Of a DNA stretch of 64,000 bases, positions 62,453-64,000 are shown in pieces. The stretch comes from Azolla caroliniana (lineage: Eukaryota > Plantae > Polypodiophyta). How positions within the stretch are numbered: position 1 is the stretch's first letter; the number at the start of each line of letters is the position of its first letter. Both the position numbers and the translations under genes were made by a program. The stretch is from assembly GCA_043228905.1 (NCBI GenBank), contig JBHGNT010000007.1:8432001-8496000 (forward strand), in the 5' to 3' direction. The notes under the pieces are model-generated. The model did not search any database, was not told the DNA's origin, and saw nothing but the letters and a program-made list of their open reading frames with translations.

Positions 62453-64000
62453 ATTACCGATTAGGAACATGGTCTACGGTTAGTCCTTGGACCTAGACCT
62501 CAAAGTGACTGTGTTGCAACGAATGGTATCGTCGTAGTGGGATACCTCCCGTATCCTAGTAGTGTATACTAGAGACGGTTACAACCGAACTCCTTAGATA
62601 GTGGACTAGCAACCACACTGTTACTCACGCCTACACTCTTATGACTGTGCTACGCCATCGAAGGATCACAGACACACAGTAGATTAACCATAGGTACGGA
62701 CAGAATCAGAGAAGATAGAACTCTATTAAAATACGCCTTTTACATACAAAATTACATGCTCCCTCTATCAGAGGTTTCCTGCCCTTTATATACCCAGGGT
62801 CTTTTAGCCATTCACGCTTCCCGCGTGAACCGTTTACATGCGTTACAATATTACTCTATTCTATAGTACTGCGCTCTTGTCCGCCGGTTACTATTCCGGC
62901 AGACAACACCTGGCACGCCTGTGGGACAGTGCCATGGCACCTTGGACCCACCCCTTTAATCTTCCTCCAAAATGGCCCTGATGTTTGGTTCTGCTACGGT
63001 GTCCGTGTCCGAGAATGGCGTAGCGCCCGTGAGACGTGTCGTTGTGTGGTTTCCCTGCTTGGTCGGGAGGGCTTCCCATGGTGTCATTGACTTCATGTAT
63101 GGGCGTTCCGGGTTCTGCTAGCTCTTGTTGGGTTGTTGGGGTTGGTTTAACCGTCCGCGGGCTTGCGGTAGGTCGCGGCTCTGTTTCGTTACGTCCTTCG
63201 TGATGTCGGTCGTAGTCGTACGCTTTGGAGAGTGGGGTTGGGGTTCCTCTTGGTCCAGAACGTCCTCCGTGATGTCGGCCGTAAGCGTATGCTCCGGTGG
63301 TTGGGGTTCCTCTTGGTCAACAGTTTCGTTGTCTGGTATTGCAGGGGGCTCCGCTCGCCGTTCCGTGCTGTTCACCGTAGTGGTAATTTCCAATGACATG
63401 GGCTTAGGTTCCTCTTGTTCGGCAGTATCCGGAATTGGTATCACGATGGATTCCACGTTTATTCGTGTGCTACCAGCTTGCGTGATCTGGTGAAATAGGT
63501 CCTCCTGACTTTCACCAAAATCATCCAGTAGCTGCGCGAGTTCCTCAGAATGTTGGTCCGCTAGCGTGTGATAGTCCTGCGCTAGGACCTCATGTACTGC
63601 TGCAATGCTTTCCTTATTGAGTTTGTAGAACTCTTGGCCATCTTTCCTTCGGTTCTCCCAGTCCACTTGGTACGTATGCAATTCCTCCGCTTATGTAGCC
63701 CACGCCATCCATCCTTTGTCTAGCGCCAATTTTAATTGCGTCATAAACCTCTCTCGATTCATTTGCAGAGGGATGCACACGTTGTCTGTTATGGCTTGGC
63801 AATGGTTGCGTGCTTCTTCTACGAATTTCTTGTTTACTAACCGCCGCCGCTTCATCATAAGTGCTCCTCATTCCTGCCCAGAGCTGAGATTCCTTCGAAT
63901 GTAGTTCTTCCAGTTTTCCCATTTCATTGTTTAGGCGGATTTCTAGCTAATGCCTCCTCTCCTGTTTTCCAACCAGTTGCTCGTCGAACCATGCTTTCTT
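62453..64000 (-). mobile_element. Probable end of another mobile element (LTR-like segment plus a frameshifted unknown ORF at 63118-63922)
   Basis: Abruptly interrupts a tRNA copy. TATA-like GGTATATAAAGGGC on the minus strand near 62790. The ORF has repeated DQEEPQP. No diagnostic domain lies inside the window. Confidence 0.45.

Overview
Eukaryotic, intron-containing, transposon-dense DNA, most consistent with a seed-free land plant (fern, lycophyte or bryophyte; the taxon is an inference). Two host-like genes are present: an intronless DUF1348/SnoaL-like gene (8991-9398, minus) and a multi-exon, single-lobe transferrin-like gene (13067 to at least 16455, plus). From about 18.7 to 54.9 kb lies a five-level nest of Copia and Gypsy LTR retrotransposons, including a young Gypsy with apparently identical LTRs and an intact-ORF Copia. 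It is followed by a 156/157-bp satellite carrying interspersed tRNA-Ser(GCT)-derived copies. The most notable object is a 6.7-kb cut-and-paste DNA transposon (19249-25969) with 37-bp TIRs and a 4-bp TCTT target-site duplication. It encodes a Sola-like DDD transposase on the plus strand and, divergently, a spliced prokaryotic-type beta-class amino-methyltransferase (N6A/N4C; DIPY and FSGTG motifs). All calls come from reading the sequence and from remembered family motifs; no database searches were run.
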